DNA from: Eledone cirrhosa
Taxonomy: Eukaryota
Assembly: GCA_964016885.1 (NCBI GenBank)
Contig: OZ024749.1
Location: forward strand, 52,266,001-52,330,000
DNA: 64,000 bases
Reading direction: 5' to 3'
Shown here one piece after another: positions 29,077 to 44,115 of this stretch (the first letter of the stretch is position 1; each line of letters opens with the position of its first letter). The notes beneath the pieces were generated by a model, which was not told the origin of the DNA, did not search any database, and worked only from the letters and a program-made list of their open reading frames with translations. Made by a program: the position numbers and the translations under genes.

Positions 29077-29570
29077 TGGGTGGTAGAGCTTACCTTGGGT
29101 GGTAGAGCTTACCTTGGGTGGTAGAGCTTACCTTGGGTGGTAGAGCTTACCTTGGCTTGGGTGGTAGAGCTTACCTTGGCTTGGGTGGTAGAGCTTACCT
29201 TGGGTGGTAGAGCTTATCTTGGTGGTAGAGCTTACCCTGGGTGGTAGAGCTTACGTTGGGTGGTAGAGCTTACCTTGGGTGGTAGAGCTTACCTTGGGTG
29301 GTAGAGCTTACGTTGGGTGGTAGAGCTTACGTCAGGTGGTAGAGCTTACGTCGGGTGGTAGAGCTTATCTCTGGGTGGTAGAGCCTTACCTTGGTGGTAG
29401 AGCTTACCTTGGGTGGTAGAGCTTACCTTGGGTGGTAGAGCTAACCTTGGGTGGTAGAGCTTATCTTGGGTGGTAGAGCTTACCTTGGGTGGTAGAGCTT
29501 ACCTTGGGTGGTAGAGCTAACCTTGGGTGTAGAGCTTATCTTGGGTGGTAGAGCTAACCTTGGGTGGTGG
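29077..29570. repeat. 19-bp minisatellite
   Basis: gggtggtagagcttacctt. Confidence 0.95.
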
Positions 29571-29714
29571 ATGACTTAACCTAATGTTGATAGTACAATG
29601 GATAGTATTGATATGATATACAATAGTATTGATATAATGTTGATATAGTTTAGATGTAATGTTGGTAGTATTACATGATGTTCAATAAATCTGTTATTTT
29701 CTCTATTTCTTTAG

Positions 29715-29797
29715 CAAATGCTGAAGGAAGACATAAAACCTTTAAGGGGTTACCCTTTTGTTTACTTAGCAGTTTCTATATTTCCATTAGTGAATAG
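29715..29797 (+). CDS. 7TM receptor exon (QMLKEDIKPLRGYPFVYLAVSIFPLVNR), TM6
   Basis: ctttag acceptor, gtaagt donor; 83 nt; 'L..YP.......P...NRI' motif of the family. Confidence 0.92.
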
Positions 29798-29989
29798 GTA
29801 AGTACTGTTTACTACAACACCTCCTAAACTGTCTTCTTACTTAACACACTCAATATAAATATAACTTAACTATATAGAACTGTTCAATATATATAACTTA
29901 ACTATATATAACTGTTCAATATATATTACTTAACTATATATAACTGTTCAATATATATTACTTAACTATATATAAATATCTTCTTATCC

Positions 29990-30162
29990 ACCTACTTATT
30001 CCTGAGAGAGCCATAGGGGCAGAGTCCTTAAACACTCCATCCAGCGGGTCCTGTCAGAAACTACTATCTCCAACTGACCCGCCTGGATCCCCAAGCAAGA
30101 CCAGCCAAGTTCATGGATGTTATCCAACCATTTTGCTCGGGGTCTACCACTGGGTCTCCTAT
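29990..30162 (-). mobile_element. RTE-like LINE 3' end fragment
   Basis: - strand reads RRPSGRPRAKWLDNIHELGWSCLGI (GRP..RW motif). Confidence 0.6.
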
Positions 30163-30484
30163 TTATAACTGTTAAATATATATAACTTAACTATATATAA
30201 CTGTTTGATTATATAAACTGTTAATATATAGCTACTAAATATGTATAAACTGTTAAATATATATTAGATCAACATATATGTATTGGATGTATTTTATTAT
30301 ATAGCACCAAGACTAGAGATGTTGTCATACCCTGGACAAGACTGAAGAGTCCTCTCCACTCTCTATCTTATGTTGTAATATGATAAACTGTAACTAACAT
30401 CATTTATAATGATAACATCTGTGGAAGAAAGTTAATTATGGAATATGTCTTTATAGTATTATCTTAGTTTATTTTATATTTCAG

Positions 30485-30561
30485 AATTCAAAATGCCATC
30501 AGCAGTGGGAATCCAGTTTTTACATTAGTTCTACTTGCATCAATCTCCAGTCCTCTACATG
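30485..30561 (+). CDS. 7TM receptor exon (IQNAISSGNPVFTLVLLASISSPLHG), ECL3/TM7
   Basis: ttcag acceptor, gtaaat donor; 77 nt, phase 2->1. Confidence 0.9.
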
Positions 30562-30979
30562 GTAAATCTCTCTACTTTACATTCATTAACAAATTGGGTT
30601 GGTTTGTCATTTATTTATCTTAAATACGAATAAATTTTACGCAGAACTCTTGGAACACATTTTAAAATAAGACAAAAAAAGAAAGGTTGGCAAACTCTAC
30701 GCACACATGTACACACACACAGACACAGACACACACACACAGTTGGACAACATGTCTTAGATAATATAATCACAGCTTAGAACATTCCTAGTGAGTCCCT
30801 CATATGTTTATTATACATAAACATATCATATTTATGTGATAGATAGATACATACTAAATTACATTTTTACATCTGTCCAGAGTCTTTGTGATAGAAAAAT
30901 ACATACTATATTATTTTTTACATCTCCCTATAATTTTTATGATGTATTGTTAGTGTACAAGAATGATTTTCAGAGTTAA

Positions 30980-31200
30980 CCCGTTAGCATTTACATTACT
31001 CTATATTTACTATTGTATTTTTGTGGTAAAGACTTTACCTCACATAATTATCTCACATAATATCGAATCTATGAGATTTTGATGTTATTTATTTTGAGAA
31101 CAATACCTTAATATAAGTATGAGTGGCCAGTTACAACTGGTTTGAACAGAAAGAGGTGAGAGAATTCTGGCCGGATATGGCCAGTTTAAATGCTATAGGG
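30980..31200. mobile_element. TTAA-flanked MITE (piggyBac-like); related copies at about 20945-21162, 24545-24750, 63765-63970
   Basis: TTAA|CCCGTTAGCATTTA ... TAAATGCTATAGGG|TTAA terminal inverted repeats. Confidence 0.7.
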
Positions 31201-31335
31201 TTAACAGTGGTATGAGGGGCCGATTATGGCTGGTTTGAATAGAAAGAGGTGTGAGAATTCTGGCCAGATACGGCTGGTTTAAATGCTAGTTAAAATAAAC
31301 TTCTACTAATATCTTCTAACAATTCTTTATTACAG

Positions 31336-31406
31336 GGGCATTAAATGCTATTGTGTTTGGAATGGACAGAAGTATATTTCAACAACTTACTCCCACACAG
31401 ATAAAA
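31336..31406 (+). CDS. 7TM receptor exon (ALNAIVFGMDRSIFQQLTPTQIK), TM7 end/helix 8
   Basis: ttacag acceptor, gtaaga donor; 71 nt, phase 1->0; 'G.LNAIVFG' TM7 motif. Confidence 0.92.
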
Positions 31407-32381
31407 GTAAGAAAACATGTTTTATATATATTTTCTTCTTATCTTTTCTCAAACCATATAACTTCTCTCTTGCTTCTCTGATTTTATCATTTCTCATCTA
31501 TCATAACAGATAATTATCATTTCTCGTGATTTAACCAGACACAAAAACTGTTAAAAAACTCACTTTACATTTATATATTTTTTGGTTTCACAATAAATAG
31601 TAGAGGTTGATATGATCAATTAAACTCATCAAAACAATGCCCCAGCATGGCCACAGTCTAATAAGTGGAATCTGTAGTTGACTAAAGCTGTAACAATATA
31701 ACAATTATTACAACTCCATCTCCAGCACCACCATGTTCTCTGTAGCCTCCATAAACTAACATCAATACATTACCACCATCACCACCACCTTCGCAACTAA
31801 CACTACTACCACCATCACCACTACCTTCGCCACCACCACCACAACCTCTCTCCACTACTACCACCAATAACACCACCCTCCACCATCACCATCACACTCC
31901 ACCACCACCACAACTATCACCACCACCACCCTCTACCATCACCATCCCACTCCACCACCACCACCCTCCACCATCCTCCACCACCACCACCCTCCACCAT
32001 CACCATCACACTCCACCACCACCACCACCATCACACTCCACCACCACCCTCCACCATCCTCCACCACCACCACCACCACCCTCCACCACCACCACCATCA
32101 CACTCCACCACCACCACCACCACCACCACCCTCCACCATCACCACCACCACCACCACCCTCCACCACCACCACCACCATCACACTCCACCACCACCATCA
32201 CACTCCACCACCACCCTCCACCTCTCTAACTTATTCAGTCTTTCATTTCATTACATCTCATAATGCAGCCTAGAAAAACCATAAAAGACAATTAAAAGCT
32301 GCCATTGTGGTAAACAAAAAACAAACAACAGTAAAACAAACCTTTTTCTGTTTTGTAAAAGTCTGAAGACCATAAAGTGGT

Positions 32382-33310
32382 GCCATACCATTGCCATACC
32401 ATTGCCATACCATTGTCACACCATTGCCATACCATTGCCACACCATTGTCACACCATTCCCATACCATTCCCATACCATGGCCACACCATGGCCACACCA
32501 TGGCCATACCATGGCCATACCATTGCCATACCATTGCCATACCATTGCCACACCATTACCTTACCATTGCCATACCATTGTCATACCATTGCCACACCAT
32601 TACCTTACCATTGCCATACCATTGCCACACCATTGTCACACCATGGCCATACCATTGCCATACCATTGCCATACCATTGCCATACCATTGCCACACCATT
32701 GTCACACCATGGCCATACCATTGCCACACCATTGCCATACCATTGCCACACCATTGTCACACCATGGCCATACCATTGCCATACCATGGCCACACCATGG
32801 CCACACCATGGCCACACCATGGCCATACCATTGCCATACCATTGTCACACCATTGCCATACCATTGCCACACCATTGTCACACCATTGCCATACCATTGC
32901 CACACCATTGTCACACCATTGCCATACCATTCCCATACCATGGCCACACCATGGCCACACCATGGCCACACCATGGCCATACCATTGCCATACCATTGCC
33001 ACACCATTACCTTACCATTGCCATACCATTGTCATACCATTGCCACACCATTACCTTACCATTGCCATACCATTGCCATACATTTGCCACACTATGGTCA
33101 CACCATTGCCACACTATGGCCACACCACTGCCATACCATTGCCACACTATGGTCACACCATTGCCATACCATTGCCACACCATTGCCACACCATGGCCAC
33201 ACCATTGCCATACCATTACCATACCATTGCCACACCATGGCCACACCATTTCCATACCACTACCATACCATTGCCACACTATGGCCACACCATTGCCATA
33301 CCATTGCCAT
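32382..33310. repeat. 11-bp minisatellite
   Basis: ccataccattg / ccacaccatgg. Confidence 0.95.
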
Positions 33311-34886
33311 TCTGTTGCATCTATCACAGAGTTTTTGTTTTAAAACTCTGTTACATCTCACACAACAACACACCACGGAACACCACACCACCACGGAGCA
33401 CTAAATATTAAATTAATCTGGGAAGGAAGGAAAGGGGGAGGAAGAGGGGAAGTGTAGCCTCCCCCCCTCCTCATCGTTGAAAACAACTTTATTTTTTATT
33501 TTTTTGTGTCCAAGCCATTTACACTAATTGGGCAAGATAATAAACGACTTAATTCTTTAATTAAATCTCTACAAACTAAATTCAGTCAACCACTTAGAGA
33601 GAAGAAACACTTTGTTGTTGTTGTTGTTGTTGAGCCTAAATCAGAAACCATTGTTGTTGTTGTTACCCTTTGTTTTTGGTATTTTATTATTAAACACCAC
33701 TTATCCCCCCCCCCCCCCGTCACATGTAACATCTTCCTCACCACCACCACCACCACATATAAACCCCCCACCCCACCCCAAAAACATGTCACCTCACCCC
33801 ACCCCACCACCACACGTAGCCTTCCCCCGCACACCCACCACCACATGTAACCCCCTCCCCCACCATCACACGTAACCCCCCACCACCACCCACCTCTTCC
33901 ACCACATGTAACCCCGTCCCACCACCACCACATGTACCCACCACCACCAGCACCACATGTAACCCCCCCCCCACCACATGTAACCCCACCCCACACTATT
34001 TCTATCCTATCCTTGTATCATCCCCATTAATTTGTTACCCTAGTGGCCAATAGAGAAATCACTATTAATATTAGTATTATTATTGTCATCATTGTTATTA
34101 TTATTATTGTCATTGTTGTCGTTGTTGTTGTTGTTGTTGTGGTGGTGGTGGTGGTGGTGGATATATGTGATATGATATCATTATTGAATGTGTTGTAATG
34201 GGGTCCCAATCAACCAATCAATGGTTCAATGATGGAAAATCACTGAAATTGATACAATTGATACACATCATTCCTTTCATTAGGTGGGGGGGGGGTTACT
34301 GTTAGCTTCTTTGGTCTCTCCCCCTCTCTCTCCCTTCCTCCTTTACCACGTCCTTCTCTCACACCCTCTCCCCCTCTCTCTTTCTCTCTCTCTCCCTCCT
34401 CTCCTTCGTCCTCTCACACCCCATCCTCCTCCTCCTCTCTTCCTTCCTCACCCTCTCTTCCTCTCTTCCTCCTCCTGGCCCTCATTCATCTCTCCCTCCC
34501 TCCTCACCCTACTCCATCTCTTGCTCAGTCTTCCTCTCTCCTCTCCTACACCTCTCCCTCTTCCCCTCACACCCCCTCCTACATTTCTCCCTCCTATTCC
34601 CCCTCATACCCCCTCCTCCTCTCCCCCTCGTCCAGCTCTCGCTCTCTCCTTCTCCTTCCCCTTATACATCTCTCCCTCCTCATTCTCATCTTCACTCCTC
34701 TCTCCCTCCCTCCTCACCCCACTCTAACCTCCCCTCTCAGTCCCTACCTCCCCTGAAACTGATACAATTTGTACATTTGACCTTTTTTTATGGGGGAGGT
34801 CAAAGTTTCTTTATGTTGTTCCATTTATGAATTATACAGAAAATAGTTAAAATTATATATTTGATATAAACATACATATGACTCTA

Positions 34887-34921
<35 letters not shown>

Positions 34922-34968
34922 TTTGATATAAACATACATATAACTTTATCTCATATATATGTGATAAA

Positions 34969-35021
<53 letters not shown>

Positions 35022-35189
35022 GTGTGTGTGTGAGTATGTATATATATCATCATCGTTTGTCTATTTTCCACGATGGCATGGGTTAGATGAGTTGTCCTGT
35101 TGTGAGAAATGATGGGTCAGGTCACCATGTCCTGCTCATACAGAACTGATTCTGGCTTGGTTTCCACAGCTGGATGCCCTTCCTAATGC

Positions 35190-35745
35190 CAACCAATTTA
35201 CACTGAGTACTGGGTGCTTTTTGTCATGACACCAGCACAACCACTTTACACTGAGTACTGGGTGCTTTTTGTCATGACACCAGCACAACCACTTTACACT
35301 GAGTACTGGGTGCTTTTTTGTCATGACACCAGCACAACCACTTTACAGTGAGTACTGGGTGCTTTTTTGTCATGACACCAGCACAACCACTTTACACTGA
35401 GTACTGGGTGCTTTTTTTGTCATGACACCAGCACAACCACTTTACACTGAGTACTGGGTGCTTTTTTGTCATGACACCAGCACAACCACTTTACAGTGAG
35501 TACTGGGTGCTTTTTTGTCATGACACCAGCACAACCACTTTACAGTGAGTACTGGGTGCTTTTTTGTCATGACACCAGCACAACCACTTTACACTGAGTA
35601 CTGGGTGCTTTTTTGTCATGACACCAGCACAACCACTTTACAGTGAGTACTGGGTGCTTTTTTGTCATGACACCAGCACAACCACTTTACAGTGAGTACT
35701 GGGTGCTTTTTTTGTCATGACTCCAGCACAACCACTTTACAGTGG
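35190..35745. repeat. About 49-bp minisatellite inside a SINE
   Basis: accactttacagtgagtactgggtgcttttttgtcatgacaccagcaca. Confidence 0.93.
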
Positions 35746-36903
35746 TTTATGACCACTTCAGCACCAGTATTGAGTGCTCCTCCTATTAATGTTTCAATGT
35801 TTTAAATACTATATTTTAAACACATTCTAATATATATTTGAAGTGTGTGTGTATGTGTTATATTTGAAGTGTGTGTGTATGTGTTATATTTGAAGTGTGT
35901 GTGTGTATGTATGTGTTATATTTGAAGTGTGTGTGTGTGTATGTGTTATATTTGAAGTGTGTGTGTGTATGTATGTATATATGTGTGTGCGTATGTATGT
36001 GATATATTTGTACAGTTCTAACATCTATATATCGTTCTATCATTTATGTTTGATATCATATTTACGATATTTAGGATTCTATCAAAGCAAATACTGCACC
36101 TTCTCTCTCTCTCTCTCTCTCGCTCACACTCTCTCTCTCTCTCTCATGGTCTCTTTCTTATAGTCTCTCTTTCTTTCTCTTAAAATCCCTATCTCCCTCT
36201 CTCTCTCTTATCATCTCTCTCCCTCTTTTATGCTCTCTTGTGATCTCTCTTTTTCTTATGATCTCTAAAACTCCCCCCCCCTCACTCATCCTCCCCTCTC
36301 ACTCTCACCTCTCCCCCTATCTCCCTATCCCCCACTCTCCCACCTCCTCTCCCCATCCCCCCACTTTCCCACCTCCTCTCCCTCTCTCCCTCTCTCCCTA
36401 TCCCCCCGCTCTCCAACCTTCTCTCACTCTCTCACTTCTCCCCCTCTCCCCCTCCCCGCTCTCCCACCTCTTCTCACTCTGTCCTTCTCTCATTCCCAAC
36501 TTTCCTGTCTATCTACTTTATCCAATATATATGAATCAATTATAAATTAGTTGACCTTTACAACCCATCAAAGCACCACAGCGATCATCTGTCTATTCTT
36601 TATATTACTCCAGTATCAATGGTCTTGGTCAGTTATGGCTATTATGAGGAGAATTTCATCAACTAAATATTTTCATCTCCATTTCAAACATATTGGGAAC
36701 TAAACAATCTATATTATAATAATTGTATGGGAGTTTGTTGGCTGTCATACAAACACTGGACTCTTACAGAATTGTTCTATGTTTATCTAACATTCATGAA
36801 ATACAATTAGAAGATGGGGTGGGTATAGTCAATATCCTAAAGTTGTTTCATTCATTATACAGACATGTGTGTATATACATACATATATATATATATTAAT
36901 AAG

Positions 36904-36954
<51 letters not shown>

Positions 36955-37067
36955 AACCAGTAAGACCCCGACGGCTGAGCTCAAGCCGTTTCGACGGCTA
37001 ATTCTGTCTAGAGTTAGCCGTCCAGAATTCAGCCTGACATAAGAAAAATAAAACATTTTTCTTATGT

Positions 37068-37115
37068 CAGGCTGAATGAGTTGGGGTCCAGAACCCAACG
37101 AAACTTGAGTACCTG
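37068..37115 (+). ncRNA. Hammerhead ribozyme motif with a 1-nt core insertion (CUGAAUGA)
   Basis: cagg-CTGAATGA-gttggg(gtccagaa)cccaac-GAAA-cttgag-TA-cctg; stems I and II pair perfectly. Confidence 0.7.
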
Positions 37116-37155
37116 TTTATGTCACTGTTGTAATTATTTATACATATATATATAT

Positions 37156-37202
<47 letters not shown>

Positions 37203-37219
37203 TATATATATATATATAT

Positions 37220-37268
<49 letters not shown>

Positions 37269-37281
37269 TATATATATATAT

Positions 37282-37317
<36 letters not shown>

Positions 37318-38353
37318 CCAGGTCATCCAGCTGTAGAAATCAAGCCAGGATCAGTTGCCGTCCCACCCTTGCAATCAGGGAAAAGCGGACGTAAAATGAA
37401 ATGATGATGATGATGATGATATATACATACATACACACAATATCCCACTCCAACACTACCAACATTATTTAAATACATCTTAAATATATCTAAAGAATAT
37501 ATTTGTTTATTGTTGTTGTTACTGTTATTTTTGTTGTTGTTCCTGTTGTTGTTACTGTTATTGTTGTTGCTGTTACTGTTGTTGTTGCTGCTTCTACTGT
37601 TGTTGTGTCCTGTTGTTGTTGTTGTTGCTGTTGTTGCTGTTACTGTTGTTGTTTCTATTGTCGTTACTGTTGTTACTGTTGTTGTTACTGTTGTTGCTAT
37701 TGTTGTTACTGTTGTTGCTATTGTTGTTACTGTTGTTGCTATTGTTGCTGTTACTGTTGTTGTTTCTATTGTCGTTACTGTTGTTACTGTTGTTGTTACT
37801 GTTGTTGCTATTGTTGTTACTATTGTTGTTACTGTTGTTGTTCTCTAAATGTAAACATCAACTAAATTCAGGAAAAAACACAAAATATATTTAATGTAAT
37901 CTGAGTCGGCAGCCAACCACCTGGTTACCCCCCCCCCTCTCTCTTCTTTCTCTCACCTCTCACTTCTCCGTCTCTCACCTCTCTCATCTCTCTCTCATCT
38001 TTCTCTCACCCCCCTTCTCTCTCCTTTCTCTCACTTCTCACTCTCTCTCTCTCTTTCACCTCTCACCTCACCTCTCTCTAACATACCAACCTCTCTCTCT
38101 CTCTCTCTAACATACCAACCTCTCTCTCTCTCTAACATACTAACCCCCCCCCCCTCTCTCTACCAAAGACAGACTAGATTCCATGTTCAAAGAACAACTG
38201 ACATTTACAAAGACAAGTGTGTTTCAATGATATGCAGTCACCTGTCAAACAGCCAAGGTGTACGTATGTCTGTCTGTGTGCCTGCCTGCCTGCCTGCCTG
38301 TCTATCTGTCTGTCAGTCTGTCTGTCTGTCAGTCTCTGTGTATGTATGTGTGG

Positions 38354-38389
<36 letters not shown>

Positions 38390-38915
38390 TGTGAGGACAT
38401 GTTGCATGTGCGTGTAGAGAGAGACGATGTCTTTGAGTGGAAGTAGTGTGTGTGTGTGTCTGTTTGGAGATGTTATGTGTGTGTGTGCACGCACGCACGT
38501 GTGTGTGTGTGTGCACATGTGTATGTGTGGGTTTGTGTATGTGGAGACAGTGAAGTGATAGTGGTAATTAGTGGAGCATCAGTGAACAAACACTGCCTCT
38601 AAAATCATTCTAACAGAATGTCAGAATGAGAGAATGGCAGAATGAGAGAATGTCAGCAGATTAGTTCTATTAGATTCTATTTAAAGATAACAACTTAGTT
38701 TCTTCTATTTCTTCTTCTTTGTTGAAAAACTGCCTTTGATAACCCTACTTCACCACAAGTCAGTTTAATGTCAAGCATATGTGTGTATGATGATGATGAT
38801 GATGATGATATATATATATATATGTGTGTGTGTACAGGTGTGAATGTGTTTGCATATGAGTATATTATTATTTTATACATTATATATAGTATATATATAT
38901 ATATATATATATATA

Positions 38916-38978
<63 letters not shown>

Positions 38979-39652
38979 TGTATACATTATCATCATACTT
39001 TTACATCTGCTCTTCCATGCTCACATGGGTCAGAGGAATCTTTTCCAACACAACTTCCCTCCATCTCTGTCAGTTCAGCACTTTGAAGTCCACTCTTGCC
39101 ACTTGGTCATCCTTTACTGCAGCTTCCATCCACAGGAACTCCTGACATTTCTTCATCATCCATACACATCACTTGCACATTTATGCCTACTTATTCTCTC
39201 AGCCTTTCCATACTTTACTGTGAATACAGTGATTAACATCGTACCTCCTTTGTACCACAGGCATTCACTCATACACACAAACACACACACAGACCAACAT
39301 ATACAAGCATCCACAGGCACAGACACACACAAGCAAGCCACAGACACACACAGACACACAGATACACACAAGCAAGCCACAGCCACACACACACACACAC
39401 AAGCAAGCCACAGGCACACTCCCACACACACTCACACACACACTCCCACACACACACGCTCACACACACACACATACACTCTCACACACACAAGCAAGCC
39501 ACAGTCACGGTTAAGAAGTTCAATTCACAACCATGTTTTTCAGGTTTGATTCCACTGTGTGGCACCTTGTGTCAGTGATTTCTACTACAGCCACGTGTGG
39601 AAAAATGTACAAGTCATAATCAATATATATTCAATATATACATACATACACT

Positions 39653-39683
<31 letters not shown>

Positions 39684-39940
39684 GTGAAGTAATTCCGTCG
39701 GAAAAGTCCAGGAAAAAAGAGTGTTCTAAATATATATATATATATAAACAATATTGATGCAGACCATCTCAGCATTCTGTCTCTTGTTGTTAGTTCAACA
39801 TCTTTTGTTACAAAAATCCTATGTTTTATATTTGACATATACTATAGAATTCTTTGTCTATATTCTCTACAGGTTCTCTGTAAGTTTTTACATGTTGATC
39901 TACTAATATTCTTAATCTTTTACCTGCTTATGTATTACAG

Positions 39941-40084
39941 GTAGCTGTTCAGAGCCATTTTTACCGGGGCCAGGAGATACGAGAATACCCGGTTACTTAT
40001 CGATCAAGCGACATTTATGGACACACAAGTCAAGACTTTCAAGTACCGCGATATAATCATGTGTCTTATTCAAAACTCTGTTAA
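39941..40084 (+). CDS. 7TM receptor probable terminal exon (VAVQSHFYRGQEIREYPVTY...YSKLC*)
   Basis: attacag acceptor; 144 nt open in phase 0 to TAA; complex sequence amid simple repeats. Confidence 0.78.
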   Translation, partial: VAVQSHFYRGQEIREYPVTYRSSDIYGHTSQDFQVPRYNHVSYSKLC

Positions 40085-40134
40085 ACTCTAAAATATATCT
40101 CTCTGTAAAAAAACAGTTCACTAACTAACTAACT

Positions 40135-40221
<87 letters not shown>

Positions 40222-40225
40222 TATA

Positions 40226-40257
<32 letters not shown>

Positions 40258-40377
40258 ACAAAGGAATTGTGGTAAGGAACCAGATGGACCATAACGCACC
40301 AGAGTACTCAATACTTAGGGTAGTCCAGAAATAGCCATCGAAACGGCTTGAGCTCTGCCGTCGGGGTCATACTTTTT

Positions 40378-40416
<39 letters not shown>

Positions 40417-40544
40417 CTGTGATGCTAATATGTTCATTCAACATGGCGGATTTATTTATAAAGAACAGTAGTGTCTCACAGCATCACTTCAGTTACTCAT
40501 TACGTGTGTATGTCTATAGGTATGTACATACATATATATATTTA

Positions 40545-40576
<32 letters not shown>

Positions 40577-40789
40577 CATACATACACACACATTCAGATA
40601 CAAAGTAACATACACACACAGCAGACAGATGCATAGTATTGTGTTTGTTTATGTTTCACCATAGAGAATCATAAACCCACACAGTGGGCCTTTATATTAT
40701 AATGGCGTTCTGTCATAAGACATTCCTTGTACATTCATGCATACAGATACATTCATATATACATAGCTATATATGTATATATATGTATA

Positions 40790-40820
<31 letters not shown>

Positions 40821-40850
40821 GCATCTATACATGTATATATATATATATGT

Positions 40851-40884
<34 letters not shown>

Positions 40885-40890
40885 GCATCT

Positions 40891-40938
<48 letters not shown>

Positions 40939-40978
40939 AGATGCATATATATATATTTATATATATGTATATATATAC

Positions 40979-41031
<53 letters not shown>

Positions 41032-41090
41032 TGTATGTACATATATATATATATATGCATCTATACATGTATATATACAAGTATAGATGC

Positions 41091-41149
<59 letters not shown>

Positions 41150-41237
41150 TACACACACACACATGTATGTACATATATATATATATACACACACACATGT
41201 ATGTACATATATATATATATACACACACACATGTATG

Positions 41238-41274
<37 letters not shown>

Positions 41275-41496
41275 ACATATGCATATATATATATATATAT
41301 ATATATATAAACACATATACATATCAGTAAGTTGCATATATGTTTAAATATGTACACATATTTTCAAAGATCTTCAAATAGATTTAGTTTAGGTTTAATA
41401 ATTAACCAATATTTTAATATTTTAATTAATCAATTAATTTTTTATTTTGACAAATATTCTTAGCAAGATGAGAGGAAAGAAATCTGTAAATGCATT

Positions 41497-41562
<66 letters not shown>

Positions 41563-41736
41563 GTTGTGTGTGTGTGTGTGTTTGGTTGTGTGTGTGTGTG
41601 TGTGTGTTTAAGTGTGCATGTATGTTTATGTGAGTGTGTTTGCGAGCTTGTCTCTGTATGTATTTGTGTGTGTATGTATGTGTTTAAGTGTGAGTGTATG
41701 TTTGTGAGTGTGCTTGTGAGCTTATCTATGTATGTG

Positions 41737-41769
<33 letters not shown>

Positions 41770-41844
41770 CTGAAAGAGAGTGGGGAAACCAGGAAGTTGG
41801 CACTAGTATTTCTTTTATTTGTTAGACCTGCTTCCATCACTTAG

Positions 41845-42465
41845 CCTTACTACCACCAGTTAGCCCTGCTATCACTAGTTAGCCCTGCTATCATTAGTTA
41901 TCCCTGCTACCATTAGTTAGCCCCACTGCTGCCAGTTAGCCCTGCTATCACTAGTTAGCCTTGCTACCACCAGTTAGCCCTGCTATCATTAGTTAGCCCT
42001 GCTACCATCAGTTAGCCCTGTTATCACTAGTTAGCCCTGCTATCATTAGTTAGCCCTGCTATCACTAGTTAGCCCTGCTATCACCAGTTAACCCTGCTAT
42101 TATTAGTTAGCCCTGCTATCACTAGTTAGCTCTGCTATCACTAGTTAGGTCTGCTATCACTAGTTAGCCCTGCTATCACTAGTTAGCCCTGCTATCACTA
42201 GTTAGCCCTGCTATCACTAGTTAGCCCTGCTATCACTAGTTAGCCCTGCTATCACTAGTTAGCCCTGCCATCATTAGTTAGGCCTGCTATCACTAGTTAG
42301 CCCTACTATCACTAGTTAGCCCTGCTATCACTAGTTAGCCCTGCTATCATTAGTTAGCCCTGCTATCACTAGTTAGCCCTGCTATCACTAGTTAGCCCTG
42401 CTATCATTAGTTAGCCCTGCTATCACTAGTTAGCCCTGCTATCACTAGTTAGCCCCGCTATCATT
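41845..42465. repeat. 19-bp minisatellite
   Basis: agttagccctgctatcact. Confidence 0.95.
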
Positions 42466-44115
42466 AAACATATAATTAGAGAGAGATATGGAAGGTAAAT
42501 CAGAGATTATAAAGGTTAAGTGGAACAGGTTGTTACAGTCTGGGGTAGATGTTATTCAAGGTATGTACCCCCACCACCACCAGGTCAGGGGGAGCCCACC
42601 ATGCTCATACATTCCAATTTTTGGCATGGTGTCTATTGCCATGGTTTCTAACTCCAACCAGCTAGATCAAGTATTAGACTATTTACTCATAGATTTTTAA
42701 ATTGAAAGCCGTCATAGATCTGGGGCCGCTGTATGTCACTGGATACCATGGATGTGGACTTTGCTTCTGTGGCCCCTCTAGCTTGTGAAGGGTTCCCTAG
42801 AACTGTTCAAATATCAGGGCCTTCAAAAATGTAGGTCTGCTATCAACACAGCAAATATATTTAAATTTTGGGCAAGCCATATGCCTTACTACTATGTTGT
42901 AGATGGTGGTGCCCCAGAATGGCCACAGCTCAGGCCGGAAAAGGTAAAACGTAAAGAGTCAACTCTTTTATTACCATATTTTATTGTGTCTAACAAGTCT
43001 GTTAATTCTGGAGAGTGAGGGGAATAGGGTGTGGTAAGGTGTGTGTGTGCACGTATATGTATGTGTGTATGTATGACAGCTCCCGATCTCTAAACAAGCA
43101 CTGAGATGAGGGACTCCTCATTGTGAGGAAAATCCTAATAACACACACAGATACACACTTACATATACATAAACACACACATACACATAATATACACACA
43201 CACTAACATCTGAATATGTGTTAGCGACCGTATACATGTATTGTATATCATTCCTTTTCAAATTCCTATTGTCAGTATGTTTAAAACAATATCAGACCAA
43301 AATCATTAAGCCTAACTAGTTGGCCACGCAATGGATGTACCCCAGCATGGCCATAACCCTCAGGCTGGTACAGGTAAAAGAAGTAAAAGAATGACATAGC
43401 TACCTTTTGTGTATGTATTGTGTTTACATACATTGAAATGTAACTTTAATAACCAGCCATTTTCTCTGGAGAATGATCACAGATTTTTCAAGAATTCCTA
43501 CATATATATATATATATATAATTATAATAATAATGAAAATTATTGTGTACAGTGCTCAGGTGCACTACAACTCATCAAAGATGCATGTATAGTACATAGA
43601 ATAATGTACAAATGTCAGGAAAGTGAACAGTATGAGTCATGATATACACACAGATACGTGTGTGTGTGTATGATGGGGGAATATCAGGTGTAATCTATAT
43701 ATATATAAAGTCACTTTTCCCATTAAAATACATGACAAAATAGCATGGGACTTATCTATTGGACCTACTAAACCTCCTCAATATAAAATACATTGTAGAT
43801 TTTGTATGTAAATATAGAGGTGTGACTTCTACACAGAAATATATATGGTATATTGCTGAGAAATGTCTAAACCATCAGTATATTTTCTAAAATATTGAAA
43901 TAAATGAATATTTATGCTTTGTTTATGGAAAACACGAAATTATTCCATGATTTCTAAATGTAACCAATATCAAATAAGAGTTTAATTAAGAGATCTAATC
44001 GAGCGATCAAACAAAGTAAGGATTAACTTTTTAGACTTCCATATCATCATATTTTATTCATTAATTCCATGCCAACTTTTTGCCAAATTTCTCATCTATG
44101 TAGTTTAGATTTAAA

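Noticed and set aside
32377-33411. 300+ aa His/Pro/Cys-rich ORFs in all three + frames
   Set aside because: Translation of an 11-bp minisatellite that lacks stop codons; it lies in the receptor intron
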